In this document: piece by piece, positions 16,441 to 28,546 of the stretch | How positions within the stretch are numbered: position 1 is the stretch's first letter | Layout of the letters: every line of letters starts with the position of its first letter | From: Acidobacteriota bacterium | Lineage (GTDB): Bacteria; Acidobacteriota; Thermoanaerobaculia; Thermoanaerobaculales; Thermoanaerobaculaceae | Assembly (NCBI GenBank): GCA_037441065.1 | Contig: JBBISY010000003.1 | Coordinates: 129,307 to 193,306, forward strand | DNA: 64,000 nucleotides | Direction of reading: 5' to 3' | Notes under the pieces: generated by a model | The model's input: only the letters and a program-made list of their open reading frames with translations | Databases searched by the model: none | Told to the model about the DNA's origin: nothing | Translations under genes and position numbers: made by a program

Positions 16441-18468
16441 TCAGTCGGCGCTGGCGCGCCGGGCGTCCCAGTACAGGTAGGCGGCGAGCAGCAGGTAGAG
16501 GGCGAGGGCGAGGAGCTCCGCGGAGGGTCCCTCGGCGTTGCCCAGGAGCCCCACGCCGACGTTGGTGCCGAAGTAGAAGTTGACGATCTTCAAGCCCGCC
16601 GCCACCACTCCCATGAGGGCACCGCCGGCAATGAACCCGGAGGCGATCAACGTCCCGCGGGTGGAGCGGGCGCTGGCCAGCGCCTCGTTGCCGCCGGCCG
16701 AGCGCTCCACCCAGTGCCGCACCAGGCCCCCCACCACGAGGGGCACGTTGAGCTCGAGGGGGATGTACATGCCCAGGGCGAAGGCCAGGGAGGGGACGCC
16801 GATCATCTGCATGGTGAGTGCCACCAGGGCCCCGATGCCGTAGAGCAACCAGGGGACGGGCTGGTTCGACATGAGGGTCTGGATGACGGCGGCCATGGCG
16901 TTGGCCTGCGGCGCAGCAAAGACCTTGTCGGCGGGGTGCTCGGCGGACGGGACAAACCCGTAGGCACGGTCGAGCATGAGGATCACGGCACCCACCGCGG
17001 CGGCCGCCACGATCGTGCCGAGGAACTTGGAAACCTGCTGGACGCGGGGCGTGGAGCCGATCCAGTAGCCGATCTTTAAGTCCGTGATGAGACCGCCGGC
17101 CATGGAGAGCGCGGTGCACACCACGCCGCCGATGAGCAAGGCCGCGAGCATGCCCGACGGGCCGGAGAGACCGGCCTGGACCAGGAACACCGAGGTGAGG
17201 ATGAGGGTCATGAGGGTCATGCCGGAGACGGGGTTGGTGCCTACGGTGGCGATGGCGCGGGCGGCCACGGTGGTGAACAGGAAGGAGATGACGATCACGA
17301 CCCCCAGGGCAATGAGCGACAGTTTGGTGGCGCCAGGCTGGTCGGCAACCACGCCGAAGCGGAAGAAGAGCCAGGTCGCCAGGGCAACGAGGAGGATGCC
17401 GAGGAGGACCCCCGCCATCGGCAGGTCACGGTCGGTGCGCTCCAGCTGCGCCTCGGAGCCGGCCTTCGAGCCGGAGAAGATCTGCGAAAACCCCATGCCA
17501 AAGGCCTTGGCGATGACCCGCCACGAGCGCAGGATGCCGAGGATGCCGGCAGCGGCGATGGCGCCGATGCCGATGTGGCGGACGTAGCTGCGGAACACCA
17601 TCTCCGCGCTCATGGCGCCGATGAGCGCGCCGTCCGCGACGGGGGGGACGGGGGTCGCGAGGCCGGCCCCGAAGTGGGCGATGGCCGGGACCAGCAGGAA
17701 CCAGGAGAGGAACGAACCGGCGCAGATGATCGCGGCGTACGTGAGGCCGATGATGTACCCCAGCCCCAGGATGGAAGCCAGCACGTCGATGCGCAGCACC
17801 AGCTTGGCCTTCTCGGCGAGACCGGCGAGGAAGGGCACCGAGCGGGTGGTGAAGACCTCCGCGAACCCCTCCAGGTGGATGATGACGAAGTCGAAGGCGC
17901 CGCCGATGGCGGCGGCGAGCGCCAGCACCTTGGCCTGCTTGCCTCCCGCCTCGCCCGCCACCAGCACCTCGGTGGTGGCGGTGGCCTCGGGGAAGGGGAA
18001 CTCGCCGTGCATGTCCCGCACGAAGTAGCGGCGCAGCGGCACCAGGAACAGGATGCCGAGCGTTCCCCCCAACAGCGCCACGAGGAACAGCTTGAAGAGG
18101 TTGGTGTCGAGCCCGAGGATGAAGAGGGCGGGGAGGGTGAAGATGGATCCCGCCACCACGAGCCCCGAGGCGGCCCCCACCGACTGGACGATCACGTTCT
18201 CCAGGATGGTGGAGCGACGGGGCAAGACGACACCGATGCCGACGCCGATGATGGCAATGGGGATGGCGGCCTCGAAGACTTGCCCGGCCTTGAGGCCCAG
18301 GAAGGCGGCGGCGGCCGAGAAGAGCGCGGCCATAACCAGGCCCAGCCCCACCGATCGGGCCGTGAACTCCGCCACACGTTCCCGCGGCGGCACGAGCGGC
18401 GTGTACACCTCGCCAGCCTTGAGGGGTCGGTAGGCGTTGTCGGGTAGGCTGCGCCGGGTCGTCTCCAT
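16441..18468 (-). CDS. OPT-family oligopeptide transporter
   Basis: 675 aa and polytopic. The N-terminus ..[42 protein letters not shown].. is typical of bacterial OPT transporters. Confidence 0.85.
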   Translation of the reverse strand: METTRRSLPDNAYRPLKAGEVYTPLVPPRERVAEFTARSVGLGLVMAALFSAAAAFLGLKAGQVFEAAIPIAIIGVGIGVVLPRRSTILENVIVQSVGAASGLVVAGSIFTLPALFILGLDTNLFKLFLVALLGGTLGILFLVPLRRYFVRDMHGEFPFPEATATTEVLVAGEAGGKQAKVLALAAAIGGAFDFVIIHLEGFAEVFTTRSVPFLAGLAEKAKLVLRIDVLASILGLGYIIGLTYAAIICAGSFLSWFLLVPAIAHFGAGLATPVPPVADGALIGAMSAEMVFRSYVRHIGIGAIAAAGILGILRSWRVIAKAFGMGFSQIFSGSKAGSEAQLERTDRDLPMAGVLLGILLVALATWLFFRFGVVADQPGATKLSLIALGVVIVISFLFTTVAARAIATVGTNPVSGMTLMTLILTSVFLVQAGLSGPSGMLAALLIGGVVCTALSMAGGLITDLKIGYWIGSTPRVQQVSKFLGTIVAAAAVGAVILMLDRAYGFVPSAEHPADKVFAAPQANAMAAVIQTLMSNQPVPWLLYGIGALVALTMQMIGVPSLAFALGMYIPLELNVPLVVGGLVRHWVERSAGGNEALASARSTRGTLIASGFIAGGALMGVVAAGLKIVNFYFGTNVGVGLLGNAEGPSAELLALALYLLLAAYLYWDARRASAD

Positions 18469-18588
18469 GGTCCAGGTCCTCCACGAGTCGGCGGGAGCTT
18501 ACGGGCGAGGGGGTCAGAAATCAAGCTGCAAGGCCCCCTTGTCGGGGCGCCTTGGGAAGGGGATACTGATAGCGAGGAGGGCCAGCGG

Positions 18589-18984
18589 GTGGAGGTCCCC
18601 AAGCGCATACTCATCGCCAAGCCGGGCCTGGACGGCCACGACCGCGGCGCCAAGGTGGTGGCGCGGGCGCTGCGGGACGCCGGCTTCGAGGTGATTTACA
18701 CCGGGCTGCGGCAGACTCCAGAACAGATCGCGGCGGCCGCGGTGCAGGAAGATGTGGACGCGGTGGGTCTGTCGAGCCTGTCCGGGGCCCACCGCGAGCT
18801 CTTCCCCGAGGTGGTGGAGGCCCTCCGGCGGGCGGGCGCGAGCGACGTGCTCGTCTTCGCTGGCGGCGTGATCCCGGTGGAGGATCTTCCCGCCCTGGAG
18901 GCGGCCGGGATCGAGCGGGTCTTTCCCCCCGGCACCGATACGCGGGAAATCGTCGCGTACCTGCGCCAGCGGCTCGGCTCCTGA
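18589..18984 (+). CDS. stand-alone cobalamin (B12)-binding domain protein, methylmalonyl-CoA mutase small-subunit type
   Basis: GTG start after [43 protein letters not shown] contains the DxHxxG B12-binding signature. Confidence 0.85.
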   Translation: MEVPKRILIAKPGLDGHDRGAKVVARALRDAGFEVIYTGLRQTPEQIAAAAVQEDVDAVGLSSLSGAHRELFPEVVEALRRAGASDVLVFAGGVIPVEDLPALEAAGIERVFPPGTDTREIVAYLRQRLGS

Positions 18985-19030
18985 GCGCAGCGCGGCGGTC
19001 CGGCGACGCCGCGGGGCGTCCGAGAACAGC

Positions 19031-20092
19031 TCACGGCAGGATGGTGAAGGAGCGGCGGCCCACCAGCTGGCCCTCGCCGGTCACCACTTCGACCCGGTAG
19101 CGGCCGGGCGGAAAGCCACCGCTGGGGGCGCGCAGCAGGTCCCAGACACGAAACCCTCTGGGGTGGGCGGAGAGTTCCACCGTGCGCGAGGTGCGGATGT
19201 CCTTGCCCTGGTGCGTGGTGCGGATGACGATACGGGTGGGGAGTTCGGCGGGGGCGAAAACCGTCGCCACCACGTAGAGGGTCCCGTCGGCCACGGCCTG
19301 CGCCGGGATGCGCTCGCCCAAATCGTCGCTGGTGCGCAGGGTGCGGGGGTCGAGGTGGTCGGCAATCTTGATCTTGAGGAGACGCAGCGGAACCGGCGGC
19401 ACCAGCGGCCGCAGCAGGCGGACTCCGCCCAGCACCACCACGGCCCCGAGGGCTGCGGCGAGGAGCCGCCGGGGCACGCGCAGCTCCCTCCAGGGGAGGG
19501 CGAGGGCGAGGGCCGCGAGGTAGGCCAGAACCCCGGCCAGGTAGGCGCCGAAGTGCACGGGGATGCGCAGCAGCACGGGCAAAAAGAACTGCAGGGCGGA
19601 GAAGGAGACCAGGGCGAAGAAGCCCAGGGCGAAGGAGCGGTTGGAGCGCAGGAGCCGATCGAAGGGGATGTCGAAGCAGGAGAACACGGCGAGGAGGGCG
19701 AGCAGCACCACGTAGAGGCTGTTGAGGGAGCCGAAGGTCGTGGAATAGAGGTAGAAGGGGATGAGGAAGAAGAGCGTCTCCTGGTACATCACGCGGGTGA
19801 GGTAGGAGACGAACCCTTGGGCGAACTGCAGTGCCCGCGAGCGGGAGGATACGGGGTAGCGGGAGAAGAACAGGGTGGTTGCCCAGGTGAGGGCGAGGAA
19901 GAGCACCACCCAGGGGAGGAAGCCGTAGCGGTTGTGGGCGAGGACGAGCACGGCCGCGCCCGTGGCCAGCGCCCACAACGAGTGCAGCGTCCAGAACAGC
20001 CGGCCGTACCGGGCGTGAAGGGCCTCCAAGCGCCCGAGGAGGGCGCGCCAACGCCCCGGCGCCGCCAGCGGGGCAGATCCCTCGGCCACCAC
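19031..20092 (-). CDS. polytopic membrane protein with C-terminal DUF2914-like soluble domain
   Basis: About 8 hydrophobic helices followed by ..GTLYVVATVFAP....GRYRVEVVTGEGQLVGRRSFTI. Start set at GTG 20092 because the longer track ORF (to 20776) would overlap alr on the other strand. Confidence 0.55.
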   Translation of the reverse strand: MVAEGSAPLAAPGRWRALLGRLEALHARYGRLFWTLHSLWALATGAAVLVLAHNRYGFLPWVVLFLALTWATTLFFSRYPVSSRSRALQFAQGFVSYLTRVMYQETLFFLIPFYLYSTTFGSLNSLYVVLLALLAVFSCFDIPFDRLLRSNRSFALGFFALVSFSALQFFLPVLLRIPVHFGAYLAGVLAYLAALALALPWRELRVPRRLLAAALGAVVVLGGVRLLRPLVPPVPLRLLKIKIADHLDPRTLRTSDDLGERIPAQAVADGTLYVVATVFAPAELPTRIVIRTTHQGKDIRTSRTVELSAHPRGFRVWDLLRAPSGGFPPGRYRVEVVTGEGQLVGRRSFTILP

Positions 20093-20100
20093 GAGACGGC

Positions 20101-20106
20101 ATTGTA
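20101..20106 (-). promoter_or_regulatory. -10 hexamer TACAAT 8 nt upstream of GTG 20092 (membrane protein gene)
   Basis: Reverse strand reads CCCTACAATGCCGTCTCGTG, with no SD. Confidence 0.4.
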
Positions 20107-20137
20107 GGGCGAACTTGTCTTGAGGAGTGCGGCTCCG

Positions 20138-20143
20138 TACACT
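20138..20143 (+). promoter_or_regulatory. -10 hexamer TACACT 6 nt upstream of GTG 20150 (alr)
   Basis: CCGTACACTCCAGGCGTG, with no SD. Confidence 0.4.
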
Positions 20144-20149
20144 CCAGGC

Positions 20150-21316
20150 GTGGCGAGGGAGGCGGTTTTCGACGCAGCCGAAGAGACCAGCTGGATCGAG
20201 GTATCCCGCGCCGCCCTGCTGCACAACCTTTCGCTGTTCCGGAAGCTGGTCCCGGAGCGTACCGCCATCCTCGCGGTGGTGAAGGCCAACGCCTACGGGC
20301 ACGGGCTGGAGCAGGTGGCGCCCATCTGCGCAGCCGGCGGGGTGGCGATGCTGGGGGTCCATTCCGCCGAGGAGGTGGCCCTGGCGCGCCGGCTGGCGCC
20401 GGCGGTGCCGGTGCTGGCGATGGGCTACCTCACCCCGGCCCAGATCGAGGCGGTGGTGGACGAGCACGTGCACGTCCTCCTCTCCTCCCGCCAGGTGCTG
20501 GAGGCGCTGGCGGCGAGGGGGCGGCGCCTGGGCGTGGCCTTGCCGGTTCACCTGAAGGTGGACACCGGCACGCACCGGCAAGGGGTGCCGCCGGAGGAGG
20601 CGGCCGACCTGGCCCGGGCGGCGCAGCGCCGGGGCCTCGTGGTGGCGGGCGTGGCCAGCCACTTCGCCAACATCGAGGACACCACCGACCACGAGTACGC
20701 GTTCCTGCAACTGCGGCGCTTCCGCGAGGCCGTGGCCGCGGTGGAGGCGGCGGTGGGGCCGGTGCGTTGGGTGCACACCGCCTGTTCGGCCGCTGCCCTG
20801 CTCTTCCGCGAGGCCGACTTTTCCATGGTGCGGATCGGCATTTCACTCTACGGCCACTGGCCCTCCAAGGAGACGTACCTGTCCTGGTTGCTGGCGCACG
20901 GGCGCGACGGCTTGAAGTTGCAGCCGGTGCTGTCGTGGCGGGTGCGAGTGGGGCAGGTGAAGGAGGTGGGGGCGCGGGAACCGGTGGGGTACGGGCTCAC
21001 CCACTGGACCAGCCGGCCCACCCGGCTTGCCGTGCTGCCGGTGGGGTACCACGACGGGTACCCGCGGAGCCTGTCCAACCGGGCCCGGGTGCTGGTGCGC
21101 GGCGTGCCGGCGCCGGTGGTGGGGCGGGTGTGCATGGATGTGACCATGGTGGACGTGACGGATGTACCGGAGGTGCGGGAGGGGGACGTGGCAACCCTCA
21201 TCGGCTGCGACGGGGGGTGGGCGGTGAGCGCCGAGGAGCTGGCGGAACTTGCCGGCACGATCAACTACGAGATCCTGGCGCGCCTCTCGCCGCTCACGCG
21301 GCGGGTGGTGGTGTGA
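20150..21316 (+). CDS. alr: alanine racemase
   Basis: PLP-lysine motif AVVKANAYGHG and full-length similarity. Start is GTG 20150; TTG 20120 is the alternative. Confidence 0.85.
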   Translation: MAREAVFDAAEETSWIEVSRAALLHNLSLFRKLVPERTAILAVVKANAYGHGLEQVAPICAAGGVAMLGVHSAEEVALARRLAPAVPVLAMGYLTPAQIEAVVDEHVHVLLSSRQVLEALAARGRRLGVALPVHLKVDTGTHRQGVPPEEAADLARAAQRRGLVVAGVASHFANIEDTTDHEYAFLQLRRFREAVAAVEAAVGPVRWVHTACSAAALLFREADFSMVRIGISLYGHWPSKETYLSWLLAHGRDGLKLQPVLSWRVRVGQVKEVGAREPVGYGLTHWTSRPTRLAVLPVGYHDGYPRSLSNRARVLVRGVPAPVVGRVCMDVTMVDVTDVPEVREGDVATLIGCDGGWAVSAEELAELAGTINYEILARLSPLTRRVVV

Positions 21317-21335
21317 CGGCGGAGAAGGGGGCGAG

Positions 21336-22433
21336 GTGACGACGCTGCGGCTCGGGACGCTCTCGGGGACGGTCCCCTACCACCTGGAAGCGGGGGCGCT
21401 CTCGTCGCTGCCGGAGGTGGTGGCGAAGGCCTTTGCCGGGCGGCCGTTCGTGGTGTCCGATACCACGGTGGGCCCCCTCTGGGCGCGAGGGGTGGCGGAG
21501 GCCCTCGATGCGCCGTACCTGGAGGTGCCGGCCGGCGAGGTGCACAAGCGGTGGGAGACGGTGGAGCGGGTGGCCAGCTGGCTGCTCGGCTGGGGGGTGG
21601 AACGGCAGGACGGTCTGGTGGCGGTGGGTGGCGGAGTGGTCACCGATCTGGTGGGTTTCGCCGCCTCCGTGATGCTGCGGGGGATCCCGTGGGTGGCCGT
21701 CCCGACCACCCTCCTGGGGATGGTGGACGCAGCGGTGGGCGGCAAGACCGGCATCGATCTGGATCTGGGCAAGAACCTGCTGGGTACGTTCTGGCAGCCG
21801 CGGGCGGTGGTGGCCGACCCGTCGGTGCTGCGCACGCTGGATCGCCGACAGCTGCGGGCGGGACTCGTGGAGGTGGTGAAGGCGGCGATGATCGCCACCG
21901 CTGGGTTCGAGCACGTGGTGGACAGCCACCTCGCAGCAGTGGCTCGGGGCGAGGTGGAGAGGTCGGGGGAACTGATCACTGCCGCGGTGCGCCTCAAGGC
22001 GGAGATCGTGGGCGAAGACGAGCGGGAAGCCGGGCCCCGCGCGGCGCTCAACCTGGGTCACACGCTCGGTCACGCCCTGGAGGGTGCCACGGCTTACCAG
22101 CGCTTCCTGCACGGGGAGGCGGTGGGGTGGGGGCTCTTGGCCGCGCTGCGGCTCGCCCGGGACCGGGGCTACCTCTCCACCGTGGCGGCGCAGTCGTGGG
22201 CCGCCCGCCTCTCGAACCTGGCCCCCTGGCCGTCGCTGGCCGGGGTGGAGTGGTCGGAGGTGGCCCCGTTCCTGGCGCGGGACAAGAAGCGGCGGGGGGG
22301 GCGCACCGGCTGGGTGCTGCCGCGCTTCGGCGGCGTGGTGCTGGATGTGCCGGTGACCATGGAGGAGGTGGACGCGGTCTTCTCGGCTCTCCGGGAACTG
22401 GCGCCGGAAGGGCCGTTTACCGTGCTGTTCTAG
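21336..22433 (+). CDS. aroB: 3-dehydroquinate synthase
   Basis: GTG 21336. VAVGGGVVTDLVGFAAS, DAAVGGKTGIDL, LNLGHTLGHALE and HGEAVGWG motifs. Confidence 0.9.
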   Translation: MTTLRLGTLSGTVPYHLEAGALSSLPEVVAKAFAGRPFVVSDTTVGPLWARGVAEALDAPYLEVPAGEVHKRWETVERVASWLLGWGVERQDGLVAVGGGVVTDLVGFAASVMLRGIPWVAVPTTLLGMVDAAVGGKTGIDLDLGKNLLGTFWQPRAVVADPSVLRTLDRRQLRAGLVEVVKAAMIATAGFEHVVDSHLAAVARGEVERSGELITAAVRLKAEIVGEDEREAGPRAALNLGHTLGHALEGATAYQRFLHGEAVGWGLLAALRLARDRGYLSTVAAQSWAARLSNLAPWPSLAGVEWSEVAPFLARDKKRRGGRTGWVLPRFGGVVLDVPVTMEEVDAVFSALRELAPEGPFTVLF

Positions 22434-22442
22434 CGGTGCCGA

Positions 22443-22452
22443 GTGCTAGACT
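22443..22452 (+). promoter_or_regulatory. extended -10-like element GTGCTAGACT upstream of valS
   Basis: Lies 10 nt after the aroB stop and 27 nt before GTG 22480. It is followed by the GGAAGGAGGGGG RBS. The same TGCTAGACT 9-mer occurs in front of glnA. Confidence 0.45.
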
Positions 22453-22479
22453 GGCGCACCGTAAAGGGAAGGAGGGGGA

Positions 22480-25115
<2,636 letters not shown>

Positions 25116-25119
<4 letters not shown>

Positions 25120-25877
25120 GGTGGGTGCTCCCCCCCTCGGAGGCGAACCTGGTTTGGCTCGACGAGGTGGATTCCACCAATGCGCTGGCGGCCCGCCTGG
25201 TGGCGGCGTGGCGAGAGGAGGAGTACGGCCGGCTCGGCGACACCCTGATCATGACGGCGGCGCAGCGGGCGGGGCGGGGACGGGGGGATCACCGCTGGGA
25301 GTCGCCGCTGGGGGGGGTGTACGTCACCTGGCTGGGCTGGGTTTCGCGGCACGAGCTATCTTGGGTGCCGCTGGCCGCGGGGGTGAGCCTGTGCGAGTCC
25401 ATCGAGGGGATCTCTCGCTCGCCCGCAATCGGGCTGAAATGGCCCAACGACCTCCTCATCGCCGGCAAGAAGGTGGGCGGGATCCTCTGCCAGGCGCGCG
25501 GCGCCGGCGAGGAAGCCTGGACGGCGGTGGGATTTGGTGTGAACGTGGCGGTGACGCCGCAGGTGGAGGGCGGGGGGGGTGTGCCCGCGGGCTCGCTCAA
25601 GGAGGCGGGGTTCGGCGCCGATGCCGCCACCTTCGAGGGGGAGCTGGCGGCGTCGTTCGCGGTTCGCTTCCGGGCGCTGCTGCCGCATCCGGAAGAGACG
25701 CGCCGGCGCTGGCTGTCGCGCTCGGTGGTGGGGGTGGGCGAGCTGGTGCACGTGAGGACCGGAAAGGGGCTGCTCGAGGGGCGGTTCCTGGGGCTGGAGG
25801 TGGACGGCCGGTTGGTGGTGGCAACCGGCCGGAGGCGGACAGTGGTCAGTAGCGGGGAAATCGTGTCGCCGCTGTGA
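25116..25877 (+). CDS. birA: biotin--[acetyl-CoA-carboxylase] ligase (no N-terminal HTH domain)
   Basis: GTG 25116 overlaps the valS stop (GTGA). GRGRGDHRWESPLGG and KWPNDLLIAGKKVGGIL motifs. 253 aa. Confidence 0.85.
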
Positions 25878-25899
25878 GGCGACCCGCTGGGGAGGTGCC

Positions 25900-26676
25900 A
25901 TGCTGCTCCTCGCTCTCGATGTGGGCAACACCAACACCACCATCGGCGTGTTCCGGGACGACCGGCTGCTGCGGCGGTTCCGGCTCACCACCACGGCCAA
26001 TCGCACCGTGGACGAGGTGGGGATCCTGCTCCACCAACTGTGCCACTGGTCGCAGATCTCCGCCGACGACATTGGGGGGGTGATCGTGGGCTCGGTGGTC
26101 CCCCCCATGGATGGGATCCTACGGGCGGCCGTCGTCACGTACCTGCACGCCGAACCCCTCTTCGTGGCCCCCGGCATCCGTTCCGGCATGCCGCTCAAGG
26201 TCGAGACCCCCCAGGAGCTGGGAGCCGACCGGCTGTGCAACGCGGTGGCGGCCTACGCCACCTACGGCGGGCCGTGCGTGGTGGTGGACTTCGGCACCGC
26301 CACCACCTGGGACGTGGTATCGGCGCAGGGCGAATTCCTGGGTGGGGCGATCGCGCCCGGGTTGGAGATTGCAGCGGAAGCCCTCTTCAGCCGCGCCGCC
26401 AAGCTGCCGCGAGTAGAGCTGGTCACCCCCCCGCGCGTCATCGGCAAGGCCACGGTGGATTCCATGCAGTCGGGCCTGGTCTACGGCTTCGTCGGCCTGG
26501 TGGAGGGGATCACCGCCCGGGTGCTCGCCGAGCTGGGCGGGGGGCAGGTGATCGCCACGGGCGGGCTCGGCGCGGTGATCGCCCGGCACACCTCGATCTT
26601 TGCGGCGGTGGATGAGGACCTCACCTTGAGGGGGTTGCGGCTCCTGTGGGAGCGCAACCGGCCGGCTCGCGGATGA
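25900..26676 (+). CDS. coaX: type III pantothenate kinase
   Basis: MLLLALDVGNTNTTIGVF.. N-terminus and ..GADRL.N.. / DFGTATT motifs. Confidence 0.9.
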   Translation: MLLLALDVGNTNTTIGVFRDDRLLRRFRLTTTANRTVDEVGILLHQLCHWSQISADDIGGVIVGSVVPPMDGILRAAVVTYLHAEPLFVAPGIRSGMPLKVETPQELGADRLCNAVAAYATYGGPCVVVDFGTATTWDVVSAQGEFLGGAIAPGLEIAAEALFSRAAKLPRVELVTPPRVIGKATVDSMQSGLVYGFVGLVEGITARVLAELGGGQVIATGGLGAVIARHTSIFAAVDEDLTLRGLRLLWERNRPARG

Positions 26677-27317
26677 ATGCGGATGAACTGGCGTACTACC
26701 GGGCCGTGGAGGACCATTTCGCGTTCCTCCGCGGCACCCCGTTTCTCTTCTCTCCGCGCGACTTTGCCCTGCTGAGACGGTGGTGGGCGGAGGGGGTTCC
26801 CCTCGCCGCGGTGCTGGTGGGCTTGACCGAGGTGTTCGAACGGCGGCGCGAGCGCGGCGACGACCCGGTGTCGTCGCTCTCCTACTGCCGGCACGCCGTG
26901 GCGCGGCACGCCAGGCGACTGGGGGCAGCACGGGTGGGCACGGCGGAGCCCGAGACCCCCATCGACGTTCCGGCCCGGCTGGCGGCCCTGGCGGCGGCGG
27001 TGCGGGGGGCGGGCCGGCTCTTTGCCGGGGAGGAGGCCTTAGGGCGGGCCCTTTCCCGCCTCGCGGCGGCGATCGAGACGCTGCCGCCGGCGGCACCGCC
27101 GGCCGCGCTGGACGAGGAGCTGGCGCAATTGGAGGCGAGTGCCCTGGACGCGCTGGTCGAAGCGCTGCCAGGCGCCCTGGCCGCGCAGGTGACGGGGGAG
27201 GTGGAGCGACAGCTGGGCGAGCTGGGGCTCGACGAGGAGGCCCGGGGCAGGACGCGGGTGGCGCTCCGGCGCCGGGCGGTGCGCGAGGCGCTGGGGCTGC
27301 CCCGTCTGGAGCTGTGA
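26673..27317 (+). CDS. hypothetical protein (basic/aromatic N-terminal domain, Ala/Leu/Glu-rich helical C-terminus)
   Basis: ATG 26673 overlaps the coaX stop (ATGA). MNADELAYYRAVEDHFAFLRGTPFLFSPRDFALLRRWWAEGVPL.. No family recognised. Confidence 0.6.
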   Translation: MNADELAYYRAVEDHFAFLRGTPFLFSPRDFALLRRWWAEGVPLAAVLVGLTEVFERRRERGDDPVSSLSYCRHAVARHARRLGAARVGTAEPETPIDVPARLAALAAAVRGAGRLFAGEEALGRALSRLAAAIETLPPAAPPAALDEELAQLEASALDALVEALPGALAAQVTGEVERQLGELGLDEEARGRTRVALRRRAVREALGLPRLEL

Positions 27318-27318
27318 G

Positions 27319-28545
27319 GTGGCCGAGCTGGAGATCGCCGAGGTGGGCGGGGGTGGGTGGGGCATCGCTCGCCGCGACGGGGAGGTGTGGCTGGTGGGCG
27401 GGGCGCTGCCCGGAGAGCTGGTGCGGGCGGAGGCGGCGCGGCGGCGGGCGGGTATCGTCGAGGCGCGAACCGTCGAGGTGCTGCAGGCGAGCCCGTGGCG
27501 AGCCCAGTCGCCCTGCCCGCTGCTGGGGAGCTGCGGCGGCTGCGACATGGGGCACGTGGCGGAGGCGGGGCGGGGGGAGATGGTGCGGGCCGTGGTGCGG
27601 GGAGCGCTGCGCCACGCCCCGGCCGAACTGGCCGCCCGCCTGGCCACGGCCCGCCTCGAACGCGGCAACGGGGAGGGGTACCGCCTGCGCGTGCGGCTGC
27701 ACTGGGATGCGGCGACCGGCGCGTTGGGTTTTCGAGCCGTGCGCTCCCACCGGGTCGTGCGCATCCACCCGTGCCGGGTGGTCTCGGCCCGCCTGCGCGA
27801 GACCATGGGCGAGCTGGAACAGGCGCTGGGCACGGCCAGGTGCGGCGGCGGCGAGGTGGAGTGGCTGGAGAGCCTGAACAGCTCTCAAGCGGTGCTCGGG
27901 CTGCGCCTCGCCGAGGGAGGGATGCTTCGCTGCCGGGGTGTGGAGGGGGCGTGGCGGGTCTCGGCGGGCGGGCGGGGGGCCGGCTGGGGTGCGACCGGGG
28001 TGAGGATGGCGCTGCCGCTCCCGCTCTTCGTGCCGGTGGGAGCGTTTTTCCAGGCGCACCGGGAACTGGTGCCGCGCCTCTTCCAGCGGGTGGCCGAGCT
28101 GGTCCGGCAGTCGGCGCCGCGGGAGGTGGTGGATCTCTACGGCGGGGTCGGTTTTCTTGCCGCCGCCGCCCGACTCGGCGGGGCGCCGGGTCTGACGGTG
28201 GTGGAGGCGAACCCCGACGCCGCGCGGGCAGCGCGCAGCAACCTGCCCGGCGCCCAGGTGGTGGCGGCCAGCTGCGAAGAGTTCCTGGGACGCCACACCA
28301 TCCCGGCTCACGCCCTGGCCATCGTGGATCCGCCCCGCGCCGGTATGTCCCGCCTGGCCCGGGAGCGGCTCCTGGCGCACCGCCCGCAGCAGGTGGTGCT
28401 CCTGTCCTGCGACGCGGCGCGCTTCGGGCGGGATGCCGCGGCGCTTCTGACAGGCGGGTACGAGCTGAACGAGTTGGAGCTGTGGGACATGTTCCCGGGC
28501 ACGCACCATGTGGAGATCCTCGCCGTCTTCCAGCGCGGCACCTGA
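27319..28545 (+). CDS. RumA/TrmA-family SAM-dependent RNA (uracil-5)-methyltransferase
   Basis: GTG start. Fe-S cysteine cluster CPLLGSCGGCDMGH, SAM motif VVDLYGGVGF, DPPRAG and ..LLSCDAARFGRD. Confidence 0.8.
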   Translation: MAELEIAEVGGGGWGIARRDGEVWLVGGALPGELVRAEAARRRAGIVEARTVEVLQASPWRAQSPCPLLGSCGGCDMGHVAEAGRGEMVRAVVRGALRHAPAELAARLATARLERGNGEGYRLRVRLHWDAATGALGFRAVRSHRVVRIHPCRVVSARLRETMGELEQALGTARCGGGEVEWLESLNSSQAVLGLRLAEGGMLRCRGVEGAWRVSAGGRGAGWGATGVRMALPLPLFVPVGAFFQAHRELVPRLFQRVAELVRQSAPREVVDLYGGVGFLAAAARLGGAPGLTVVEANPDAARAARSNLPGAQVVAASCEEFLGRHTIPAHALAIVDPPRAGMSRLARERLLAHRPQQVVLLSCDAARFGRDAAALLTGGYELNELELWDMFPGTHHVEILAVFQRGT

Positions 28546-28546
28546 G

